Assembly (NCBI GenBank): GCA_029883975.1
Contig: JAOUIL010000006.1
Location: 10,622-74,621, forward strand
Reading direction: 5' to 3'
Source of the DNA: Betaproteobacteria bacterium
GTDB lineage: Bacteria; Pseudomonadota; Gammaproteobacteria; Burkholderiales; SG8-39
Length of the DNA: 64,000 nt
Shown here: in pieces, positions 56,576-64,000 of the stretch
Numbering within the stretch: position 1 is the first letter of the stretch
How the letters are laid out: the number at the start of each line of letters is the position of its first letter
Notes under the pieces: generated by a model
The model's input: the letters and a program-made list of their open reading frames with translations, nothing else
Told to the model about the DNA's origin: nothing
Databases searched by the model: none
Position numbers and translations under genes: made by a program

Positions 56576-56734
56576 ATGCTCCGCGCCATGAGCTGGTTCT
56601 GGATCGTCGGCATCGCCGCCAACGTCACCCTGACGGTGCTGGCCATCGTCTGGGTGATCCGCCAGGGCAAGGCGCCCACTGAACCGCCGAGGGACGTCCA
56701 GACGCCGGAGGATCCCGCCGAGCCGCGCGCCTAG
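56576..56734 (+). CDS. Possible small single-TM membrane protein (52 aa)
   Basis: I translated it by hand as MLRAMSWFWIVGIAANVTLTVLAIVWVIRQGKAPTEPPRDVQTPEDPAEPRA. There is a GGAG 6 nt upstream of the ATG. It is not in the ORF track. Confidence 0.35.
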   Translation: MLRAMSWFWIVGIAANVTLTVLAIVWVIRQGKAPTEPPRDVQTPEDPAEPRA

Positions 56735-57648
56735 CGCGCGGGTGCGGCGACGGGCGTCGCGGTCGCGATCGCGCGGCGCACCTCGGCAAGCGCGGCGCGC
56801 GCGGCCTCCTCGCCGGCGCGGATGACCTCGCTGCGCGCCGCGAGGTCGGAGGCGGAGACCTTCTCGAGGTCCGGGCGCACGACGACGTCGGCGAGCTTTT
56901 CCTCCTCGCGGGCGAGCGCACGCTCCATGATGAGAACGGTCTGCGTCAGCAGCGCGGCCGTGCTGCCCAGGTCACGGCGCTCGTCGGGGTGGCGCGACAC
57001 GTCGATGGCGATGACGACGTCCGCGCCCATCTGGCGCGCGACTTTCACCGGGACGGGGCCCGTCAGTCCGCCGTCCACGTACTCGCGTCCCTCGATCGGT
57101 GTCGGCTGGAAGACGGCCGGCACGCTGCAAGACGCGCGCACCGCCATGCCGGCGTCGCCGCGGTTGAACACGACGCGTTCGCCGGAGGCGAGGTCGGTCG
57201 CCACCACGAGCAGTGGCATGTCGAGCTCCTCGATCAGGCGCCCGTGCAGCTCGCGGTTGACGTACTCCTGCAGGCGCTCGCCGTCGATGAAGCCGCGGTT
57301 CGGGAAGACGAAGTCGAGCACCTCCTCGCGCTGCACGGCAAGGGCGGCCTGCACCAGCGCGTCGTTGCGGATGCCGCCCGCGTAGAGCGCGCCGATGATG
57401 CTGCCCGCGCTCGCGCCGACGACCAGGTCGGCGCGGACGCCGGCTTCATCGAGCACCTTGAGCGCGCCGATGTGTGCGAAGCCGCGCGCGCCGCCGCCGC
57501 CCAGCACGAATGCGATCACCGGCTGCTCCGACTTCGGCGCGGGCGCGAGCGGCACCGCGCGCGGCGGATGCGCGGGCGGGGGCGGCAGCGTCGCGCAGGC
57601 GCCGAGCGCAAGCGCCAGCAGGGCTGCCGCCAGTCGGGCAACGCTCAT
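56731..57648 (-). CDS. Patatin-like phospholipase, probable lipoprotein
   Basis: 305-aa ORF. It has a lipobox LALGAC, an oxyanion GGGARG, GASAGS (GxSxG) and a DGG catalytic Asp. Confidence 0.88.
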   Translation of the reverse strand: MSVARLAAALLALALGACATLPPPPAHPPRAVPLAPAPKSEQPVIAFVLGGGGARGFAHIGALKVLDEAGVRADLVVGASAGSIIGALYAGGIRNDALVQAALAVQREEVLDFVFPNRGFIDGERLQEYVNRELHGRLIEELDMPLLVVATDLASGERVVFNRGDAGMAVRASCSVPAVFQPTPIEGREYVDGGLTGPVPVKVARQMGADVVIAIDVSRHPDERRDLGSTAALLTQTVLIMERALAREEEKLADVVVRPDLEKVSASDLAARSEVIRAGEEAARAALAEVRRAIATATPVAAPAR

Positions 57649-58868
57649 GGCGTCACCTGCTCGAGCAGGATCGCGCGGTAGTCATTGACGTTGGTGCGCG
57701 TCGGGCCGGTGACGAGCAGGTCGCCCAATGCGCCAAAGAACCCGTAGCTGTCGTTTGCTTCCAGCATCGCCTGCGGCTCGATGCGGCGCGTCCGCGCGCG
57801 CGCAAGCGTGTCCGGCGCCATCAGCGCGCCGGCATTGTCCTCCGAGCCGTCGATGCCGTCGGTGTCCGCGGCGATGGCGTGCGCGCCCGGCACGCCCTCC
57901 AGCGCGATGGCGAGCGCGAGCAGGAACTCCGCGCAGCGCCCGCCGCGGCCGCCTTGGCCGCGCACCGTGACCGTGCACTCGCCGCCGGAGATCAGTACGC
58001 ACGGCCTGCGCGCTGCCCGCGCCTGCGCGGCCATGTCCCTCGCCACCTCGCGCGCCTCGCCCATGATGTCGTCGCCGAAAATTGTGGGCGGGTAGCCGCG
58101 CGCGGCGAAGACGGCTGCCGCCGCCTCCAGCGACTGGCGCGCGGTGGCGATCACGCGGTTCTCCACGCGCGCGAACAGCGGATCGCCCGGTTTCGGCGTC
58201 TCGGAGAACTCCCCGGGCGCGGCGATCCCGTACTTCTCCAGAACCGCGCGCGCGTCGGCGACCGTCGTCGGGTCCGGCGCGCACGGGCCGGAGGCAATGT
58301 GCGTGGGGTCATCGCCGGTGACGTCCGAGATGACGAGCGCCAGCACTGGCGCGCGGCAGGCCGCGGCGAGGCGCCCGCCCTGGATCGCCGAGAGGTGCTT
58401 GCGCACCGTATTCATCTCCTGGATCGGCGCGCCGCAGCGCAGGAGCGCGCGCGTCATCGCCTTCAGGCCTTCCATGGGCACGCCGGGTGCCGGCAGCGAC
58501 AGCAGGCTCGAGCCGCCCCCGGACACGAGCGCGAGCAGCAGGTCGTCCGGCCCGAGCTTGCGCACCTCTGCCAGCAGCGTGCGCGCCGCGCCTTCGCCCG
58601 CCGTGTCGGGCACCGGATGGCCCGCCTCGATCACGCGGATGCGCTCGGTGGGCAGGCCGTGCGCGTAGCGCGTGATGGCGAGACCGTCCAGCGGCGCTGC
58701 GCGCGGCCAGTGCCGCTCCACGGCCAGCGCCATGGAGGCCGCCGCCTTGCCTGCTGCGGCCACGAACGTGCGTCCGCGCGGCGGCGGCGGCAGGTGCGCG
58801 GGCAGGATCAGCAGCGGATCGGCGGCCGACACGGCCGCGCGGAAGCTCTCCTCCAGCAGCGCGCGCAT
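57645..58868 (-). CDS. Glycerate 2-kinase / hydroxypyruvate reductase-like (DUF4147-MOFRL family)
   Basis: 407-aa ORF with VSGGGSSLL, ISDVTGDD, SGGECTV and the DTDGIDGS layout. Confidence 0.85.
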   Translation of the reverse strand: MRALLEESFRAAVSAADPLLILPAHLPPPPRGRTFVAAAGKAAASMALAVERHWPRAAPLDGLAITRYAHGLPTERIRVIEAGHPVPDTAGEGAARTLLAEVRKLGPDDLLLALVSGGGSSLLSLPAPGVPMEGLKAMTRALLRCGAPIQEMNTVRKHLSAIQGGRLAAACRAPVLALVISDVTGDDPTHIASGPCAPDPTTVADARAVLEKYGIAAPGEFSETPKPGDPLFARVENRVIATARQSLEAAAAVFAARGYPPTIFGDDIMGEAREVARDMAAQARAARRPCVLISGGECTVTVRGQGGRGGRCAEFLLALAIALEGVPGAHAIAADTDGIDGSEDNAGALMAPDTLARARTRRIEPQAMLEANDSYGFFGALGDLLVTGPTRTNVNDYRAILLEQVTP

Positions 58869-58923
58869 CGGGCCGAGTTTACCGGTGCGAGCGGCCGCCG
58901 AGATGCGCTATTCTCGCTGGCCT

Positions 58924-60042
58924 ATGACGAAGCGAACCCGGCCACCCTTCCGCGCCGACCACGTCGGCAGCTTCCTGCGCCCGAAAGAACTGCTCGAGGC
59001 GCGCGACCGGCACTTCAAGAAGGGCGAGATCAGCCGCGCCCAGCTGCGCGCGGTCGAGGACAGGGCGATCCGCGACATCGTCAAGCTGCAGGAGGACTGG
59101 GGCCTGCAGGGCATCACGGACGGCGAGTACCGGCGCACCTACTTTCACGTCGATTTCCTGGAGCAGCTGGAAGGCGTCGAGGTGAAGGGCGGCATCCAGG
59201 TCAAGTTCCACGGCGCCGCGGGCGACGTCGACTTCGCGCCGCCGGTGATGCACGTGACCAGCAAGCTCAGGCACGCAAAGCCCATCCAGCTCGAGGACTT
59301 CAAGTTCCTCAGGTCGCTCACCGGCCGCACGCCCAAGGTGACGATCCCGTCGCCCACCATGCTGCACTTTCGCGGCGGACGCGGCGCGATCAGCCGCGAG
59401 GCCTACCCGGACATGGAGGGCTTCTACGCGGACGTAGCGCGCTGCTATCGCGAGGAGATCCAGCAGCTCGCTGACGCCGGTTGCCGCTACCTGCAGCTTG
59501 ACGACACGAACCTCGCCTACCTGTGTGACCCGAAGATGCGCGAGGGCGCGAAGCAGCGCGGCGACGACCCGAACGAGCTGCCTCGGCGCTATGCGCGCCT
59601 CATCAATGCGGCGATCGAGGGCAAGCCCGCGGACATGACGGTGGGCGTGCACCTGTGCCGGGGGAATTTCCAGAGCGCATGGGCTGCCGAAGGCGGCTAC
59701 GAGCCGGTGGCCGAGGTGCTGTTCAACGAACTGAACGTGGACTGCTATTTCCTCGAGTACGACGATGCGCGCTCGGGCAACTTCTCGCCATTGCGCTTCG
59801 TGCCCAAGGGCAAGATCGTGGTGCTGGGCCTGGTGACGACCAAGCTCGGCAGCCTGGAGTCCAAGGACGAGCTGAAGAAGCGCATCGCCGAGGCCGCGAA
59901 GTACGTGCCGCTCGAGCAGCTTTGCCTCTCACCGCAGTGCGGCTTTTCCAGCACCGTGCACGGCAACGTGCTCGCCGTGGAGGCGCAGGCGGCGAAGATC
60001 CGCCTGGTGGTCGAGACCGCGCGCGAGGTCTGGAGCGGCTAG
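58924..60042 (+). CDS. Cobalamin-independent methionine synthase family protein (MetE C-terminal-domain-like)
   Basis: 372 aa from MTKRTRPPFRADHVGSFLRP. It has LQLDD, HLCRGN and SPQCGFSS (zinc ligand contexts). Confidence 0.82.
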   Translation: MTKRTRPPFRADHVGSFLRPKELLEARDRHFKKGEISRAQLRAVEDRAIRDIVKLQEDWGLQGITDGEYRRTYFHVDFLEQLEGVEVKGGIQVKFHGAAGDVDFAPPVMHVTSKLRHAKPIQLEDFKFLRSLTGRTPKVTIPSPTMLHFRGGRGAISREAYPDMEGFYADVARCYREEIQQLADAGCRYLQLDDTNLAYLCDPKMREGAKQRGDDPNELPRRYARLINAAIEGKPADMTVGVHLCRGNFQSAWAAEGGYEPVAEVLFNELNVDCYFLEYDDARSGNFSPLRFVPKGKIVVLGLVTTKLGSLESKDELKKRIAEAAKYVPLEQLCLSPQCGFSSTVHGNVLAVEAQAAKIRLVVETAREVWSG

Positions 60043-60692
60043 CCCGCGCTCGGCGCGAACGATTCCTTCGCGGCTGCCTCGCCGAGCCGGTAGAGGCCCG
60101 GGTAGGCCTCGCGAAACGCGCGCTGGATCTCCTCCGCCGGCACGTCCGCGAAGGAGCCGCGGTCGCGCACGTACTCCATGTGGCGCCGCTCGTCGGCGTC
60201 GAACGGATGGAAGATCGAGTCCTGGCGGCCGTCGAACTCGAGCGGCTTGACGCGGAACTTGCGGCACAGCTCGAGGTTGAACGCGGGCGTGGCCTTCACC
60301 CACTTGCCTTCCAGCCACAGCTCGGTAAAGCCGTGGTAGATGAACAGGTCGGTACCGCCCATGTGCTCGGCGAGCCGCGGCGTGGTCAGGTGGTTCTTCA
60401 CGTCGGCGAAGCCGACGCGCGCGGCAATGCCCGCGGCGCGCGCGCAAGCCGCGAGCAGCGCCGCCTTGCCGATGCAGAAGCCCTCGCCCGTCCGCAGGCA
60501 CACGCTGCCGCGGTAGCTGTCGTCCCGTGAGAAGTCGAGGAACGGGTTGTAGCGGATGGCGTCGCGCACCGCGTAGTACAGCGACACCGCGCGCTCGACG
60601 TCGGTCGCGCCCTCGGCGTGCTTGCGCGCGAAGGCGATGACGTCGGGATGGTCGCTGTCGATGTAGCGTCCCGGGGAGAGGGACTCCTTCAT
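60039..60692 (-). CDS. Transglutaminase-like cysteine-protease-fold protein
   Basis: 217 aa from MKESLSPGRYIDSDHPDV. It has the catalytic context GEGFCIGKAALLAA and a downstream H/D. Confidence 0.75.
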   Translation of the reverse strand: MKESLSPGRYIDSDHPDVIAFARKHAEGATDVERAVSLYYAVRDAIRYNPFLDFSRDDSYRGSVCLRTGEGFCIGKAALLAACARAAGIAARVGFADVKNHLTTPRLAEHMGGTDLFIYHGFTELWLEGKWVKATPAFNLELCRKFRVKPLEFDGRQDSIFHPFDADERRHMEYVRDRGSFADVPAEEIQRAFREAYPGLYRLGEAAAKESFAPSAG

Positions 60693-61537
60693 TGGTCGAG
60701 CCCCATCAGGCGGCGCGTGGCCGCGAACAGCGCGCTCGCCGGGTCGCCCAGCCCGTCGACGACCGTGAAATGGTCCTTGCCCGGCATCGGCACGTCGCGC
60801 GCCAGCACGGACTTCCAGCGCTGCGCGAGCAGCGCGTTCTGCCGCTTGAACTCCGAGCTCTCCAGCCCGCCGACGGCGAGCGCGAGCGGCGCGCGCGTCG
60901 CGGGCGGCAGGAACGCCGGAGAGAGCTTGAGCGCCGTCGCCTCGTCCAGCCGCAGGTCGCCCTGCAGCCAGTCCACCTGCACGAGCGGGCGCAGGTCGTA
61001 CACCCCGCTCACCGCGAGCGCGCCCTTGACGAGGTTGCGCGGCAGCGACCGGTCCATCACCGGCCAGAGCGCGGCGAGCAGCATGGCCGCCAGATGGCCG
61101 CCGGCCGAGTGCCCGCTCGCGAAGATCCGGTCCTCGTCCATGCCGTACTGCTCCGCGTGGCGGTACAGCCAGACCGAGGCCGCCAGCATCTGCTGCACGA
61201 TGCGCTCGATCCCCACCTTGGGGCACAGGTCGTAGTTGACCACCACCAGCGAGACGCCCGCGTCCACCCACGCGGGCGCGAGGAACGAAAAGTCGCGCTT
61301 GTCGAGCGAGCGCCAGTAGCCGCCGTGGATGAACATCAGGGCGGAGCCGTCACCCTTGCGCGAGGGGAAGATGTCCAGGGTCTCGCCCGGCGAGGAGCCG
61401 TAGGCGCGGTCGAGATAGCACGCCATGGTCGAGCGCGCCCGCGTCGAGGTGTCCGCCCAGCGCGCGAAGTGCCGCGCATGGTCCGGAAACAGGGCGCGGT
61501 TGTTGTACTCGCGGCTGAGAAAAGCCGGATCGGTCAT
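60689..61537 (-). CDS. Alpha/beta hydrolase, arylformamidase-like
   Basis: 282-aa ORF with REYNNRA, HGGYW and the GHSAGGHL nucleophile elbow. Confidence 0.75.
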   Translation of the reverse strand: MTDPAFLSREYNNRALFPDHARHFARWADTSTRARSTMACYLDRAYGSSPGETLDIFPSRKGDGSALMFIHGGYWRSLDKRDFSFLAPAWVDAGVSLVVVNYDLCPKVGIERIVQQMLAASVWLYRHAEQYGMDEDRIFASGHSAGGHLAAMLLAALWPVMDRSLPRNLVKGALAVSGVYDLRPLVQVDWLQGDLRLDEATALKLSPAFLPPATRAPLALAVGGLESSEFKRQNALLAQRWKSVLARDVPMPGKDHFTVVDGLGDPASALFAATRRLMGLDQ

Positions 61538-61549
61538 GAACCCGGAATT

Positions 61550-63007
61550 CTAGCGGGTCTTCTCCGTCCGCAGCCAGGTCACGGGGCGGCCGAGCGTGCG
61601 CTCCAGCGCGCGCTGCTCCGGATCCGCGAGCGCCGCCGCGCGCGCCTTGCGGATCGCCTCCGCCTGTGCCGCCGGATCCGCGGTAGCCGGGTTCTCCACC
61701 AACGCATCCAGGATGGCGAGGAAATTCGCCTTGCCTCTGCGATGCGTCTCGCCGTAGCCCTTGAGCAGGCCGGCGCAGGCCGCGATCTCCAGCGCGAGCG
61801 GCGGATGGCGCGCCGCGGCCGCGCGCACGGCCGCCAGCCAGCGTTCGATCAGCGCCTGCTCTTCGGCGTAGCGGTAGCTGCTCGGCCGCCAGGGCTTCAG
61901 CCACGCCAGCGATCGCACCAGCAGATAGCCGAAGACGCCGGAGGTCTTCACGCGCATGCCGACGTTGTACGCGTCGAGCTTGCCGTTGCGCTCCGCCCAG
62001 GACTGCAGGCGCCGCCCGAGGAACGGCGGCAGGAGCGACGCGAGCTCCTCCACCCCGGGCTTGAGGTGATCGATGACGTGCAGTGGCTCGTCGTCCCCGG
62101 CGCCGGCCTCGCGCCGCACGCGCGCGAAGCGCGCGGGCCGGGTCTTCAGGTCGGCGACGCGGATGATGTCCTCATAGCTCATCCACAGCGCGAGCGCGCG
62201 GGCGGTTTCGCCGACCAGTTCCGCGCCGACATCGCCCATCGAGGCGACGCGCGCGAGAAAGAGCTGCGCATAAGCCTCGCCCTGGTAGTCGCGCAGGCGC
62301 GCGGCGCCGAGGTCGATGATCTCGCGCGTCGCGGGTGGCAGTGCGCGGGCGGCCGGCGCGGGCGCCGCGCGCTCGCCCGCGGCGATCTCGAACCCCGCGG
62401 CGAAGCCGCGCAGGCTGGCCTCCGCGCCGCGGCCCGAGCGGCGTATCGCGGCCTCGCAGGCTTCGCGCGGCAGCGGCAGCACGCCCGCGCCCGCCATCGC
62501 GCCGAACAGCACCGCGTTGATGACCGTGCCGTGCTGCTGCGCGAGCTGGCGCATGTCGAACAGCACGGCGTGCTTCGCGAGTTGCCGCGCCGCGTCGAGC
62601 ACGCGCTCCTCGGGAAAGCGTCCGTCGGCCATCTGCATCTTCTCTGCCGTGGCGTAGATGCGGTGCGTCGAGGCGATCAGCGTGGTGCGGTCGGGGGTGA
62701 CGTAACCGTTCTGCAGGGCGCGGCCCGCCTCGAGAAGCTCCGAAGCGACCATCACGTCCACGTTGCCGGGGCTGGGCGTGAGCGACATCACGGGCTCGCG
62801 CCGGCCCAGCGATTCGCGCCGCACCGGGTAGATCTCGAGGTAGTACGTGGTGGCGCCGGTGCGCTGCGCGACGCCGGGGATCGAGGTGGCCTGCGCGGGA
62901 TAGCCGCGGGCCGTGGCCGCCTGCATCAGCCAGTCCGCCATCACGCCGCCCCCCTCGCCGCCGAGCGCGGCGATGAGCACGGTCAGGGAGCGGTCCGGCA
63001 GGTTCAT
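61550..63007 (-). CDS. iorB: Indolepyruvate ferredoxin oxidoreductase family, beta subunit
   Basis: 485 aa from MNLPDRSLTVLIAALGGEGGGV. It has an IorB-type N-domain plus a long helical C-terminal region. Confidence 0.8.
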   Translation of the reverse strand: MNLPDRSLTVLIAALGGEGGGVMADWLMQAATARGYPAQATSIPGVAQRTGATTYYLEIYPVRRESLGRREPVMSLTPSPGNVDVMVASELLEAGRALQNGYVTPDRTTLIASTHRIYATAEKMQMADGRFPEERVLDAARQLAKHAVLFDMRQLAQQHGTVINAVLFGAMAGAGVLPLPREACEAAIRRSGRGAEASLRGFAAGFEIAAGERAAPAPAARALPPATREIIDLGAARLRDYQGEAYAQLFLARVASMGDVGAELVGETARALALWMSYEDIIRVADLKTRPARFARVRREAGAGDDEPLHVIDHLKPGVEELASLLPPFLGRRLQSWAERNGKLDAYNVGMRVKTSGVFGYLLVRSLAWLKPWRPSSYRYAEEQALIERWLAAVRAAAARHPPLALEIAACAGLLKGYGETHRRGKANFLAILDALVENPATADPAAQAEAIRKARAAALADPEQRALERTLGRPVTWLRTEKTR

Positions 63008-64000
63008 GCGGGCACGACCAGTGCGCGCAGGCGGGCGACTGCGCGATCGAGCATCGACGGGTTCTGCACCACCTCGGCGCGATAGAACGACGGGCACAGC
63101 GTCGCCGCGTGCGCGTTCTCGCCGCACAGGCCGCAGCCGACGCAACCCTCGATCACGGTGGCCACGGGGTCGCGGCGCAAGGGATCGGGGTTGTCCTTGA
63201 CCGTGAGCGTGGGACAGCCGGAGAGGCGGATGCAGGAGTGGTCGCCCGTGCAAGTGTCCTCGTCCACGCCGTACTTCACGCGCAGCACGCGCTCGCCTGC
63301 GGCGAGGCGCCTCGCGACCTCGGGCTTCGCGCGCCGCTGGCGCTCGAGCTGGCATTCGCCTTCCGCCACGATCACCTTGAGGCCGCCCTCCTCGGTGGTG
63401 AGCGCTTCGCTGAGCGTCTTCTGCATCTCGGCGACGTGGTAGGTGTGCACCGTCTTCACCCACTTCACGCCCAGGCCCGCGAGCGCGTTCTCGATCGTGC
63501 GGTCGGCGTGCACCGCGCTCCTGCCGCTCGCGTCGCGCGCGTCCTTCGGCGGCGAGGAGATCAGCTCCTGCGTGCCGGTCGCCGAGGCATAGCCGTTCTT
63601 CATCACCAGCAGCACCGCGTCGCCCTTGTTGAGCAGGCTCGAGGCGACGCCGGAGAGCAGGCCGTTGTGCCAGAAGCCGCCGTCGCCCATCACCGCCAGC
63701 GGGCGCTTCGCCATCATGGGTCCCACCGCGGCGGCGGACGCGAGGCTCATGCCGTAGCCGAGGATCGAGTTGCCCATGGAGAAGGGCTCGAACGTGGCGA
63801 AGGCATGGCAGCCGATGTCGCCCGAGATATGCGGGCGGCCGGTCTTCTTCTCCGCGATCTTGAGCGCGGCGAACACCGGCCGCTCCGGGCAGCCGATGCA
63901 GAAGTTGGGCGGGCGCGCGGGCAGCGGCGCGCCGAGGAGCGCCGCTGCCCGCTTGCGGACGCCGTCGACGCTCTCCAGCCAGCGGGCGCCGCCGCCGAGA
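63004..64000 (-). CDS. iorA: Indolepyruvate ferredoxin oxidoreductase family, alpha subunit (C-terminal part; runs off the right edge)
   Basis: The frame is open to the window edge (...FCIGCPERPVFAALK...). It has the TPP motif GDGGFWHNG and ferredoxin-like Cys clusters (CTGDHSC, CVGCGLC). Confidence 0.85.
   Translation of the reverse strand, partial: LGGGARWLESVDGVRKRAAALLGAPLPARPPNFCIGCPERPVFAALKIAEKKTGRPHISGDIGCHAFATFEPFSMGNSILGYGMSLASAAAVGPMMAKRPLAVMGDGGFWHNGLLSGVASSLLNKGDAVLLVMKNGYASATGTQELISSPPKDARDASGRSAVHADRTIENALAGLGVKWVKTVHTYHVAEMQKTLSEALTTEEGGLKVIVAEGECQLERQRRAKPEVARRLAAGERVLRVKYGVDEDTCTGDHSCIRLSGCPTLTVKDNPDPLRRDPVATVIEGCVGCGLCGENAHAATLCPSFYRAEVVQNPSMLDRAVARLRALVVPA

Overview
This is a GC-rich, densely coding chromosomal segment with no tRNA, rRNA, CRISPR, transposase or integrase signal that I could see. 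The gene order and protein sequences (EF-Tu, and secY-infA-rpmJ with no adk or map) suggest a Betaproteobacterium, but that is inference because no search was run.

The window has three parts:
- **1-37.9 kb:** housekeeping and accessory metabolic genes packed into tightly coupled operons, many with 4-nt ATGA start/stop overlaps. They include uvrA, ssb, aspS, nudB, clsB, an ECF sigma/anti-sigma module and several esterase/thioesterase clusters.
- **37.99-56.5 kb:** a complete str-S10-spc-alpha ribosomal super-operon running from rpsL to rplQ, including fusA, tuf, secY, infA, rpmJ and rpoA.
- **56.5-64 kb:** genes for a patatin-like lipase, a glycerate kinase, a MetE-like protein and an iorAB-containing operon.

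No single obvious novel system (defence island, mobile element) stands out. The items most worth a second look are:
- A kinase-like plus ICMT-like methyltransferase pair, bracketed by a 47-bp imperfect duplication of the 5' end of the downstream CoA-binding gene.
- An orphan CofD-type phosphotransferase, translationally abutted to a carboxylesterase inside a TetR-headed esterase/thioesterase cluster.
- A four-gene overlapping operon: thioesterase, MaoC, ComB-like phosphatase and MOSC.
- A secreted RNase Sa/barstar pair embedded in the aspS-nudB-clsB operon.
- An ECF module led by an unknown secreted protein.
- A GST, cytoplasmic GGT-like, MetY, TylF methyltransferase and reductase cluster.
- Ala/Lys/Pro/Glu-rich extensions on several ribosomal proteins. 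The clearest is a roughly 55-aa N-terminal extension on uL5, where the canonical start codon is absent.

All functional calls rest on motif and family recognition by eye. Many long ORFs in the track are antisense or alternate-frame artefacts of the high GC content and were rejected.
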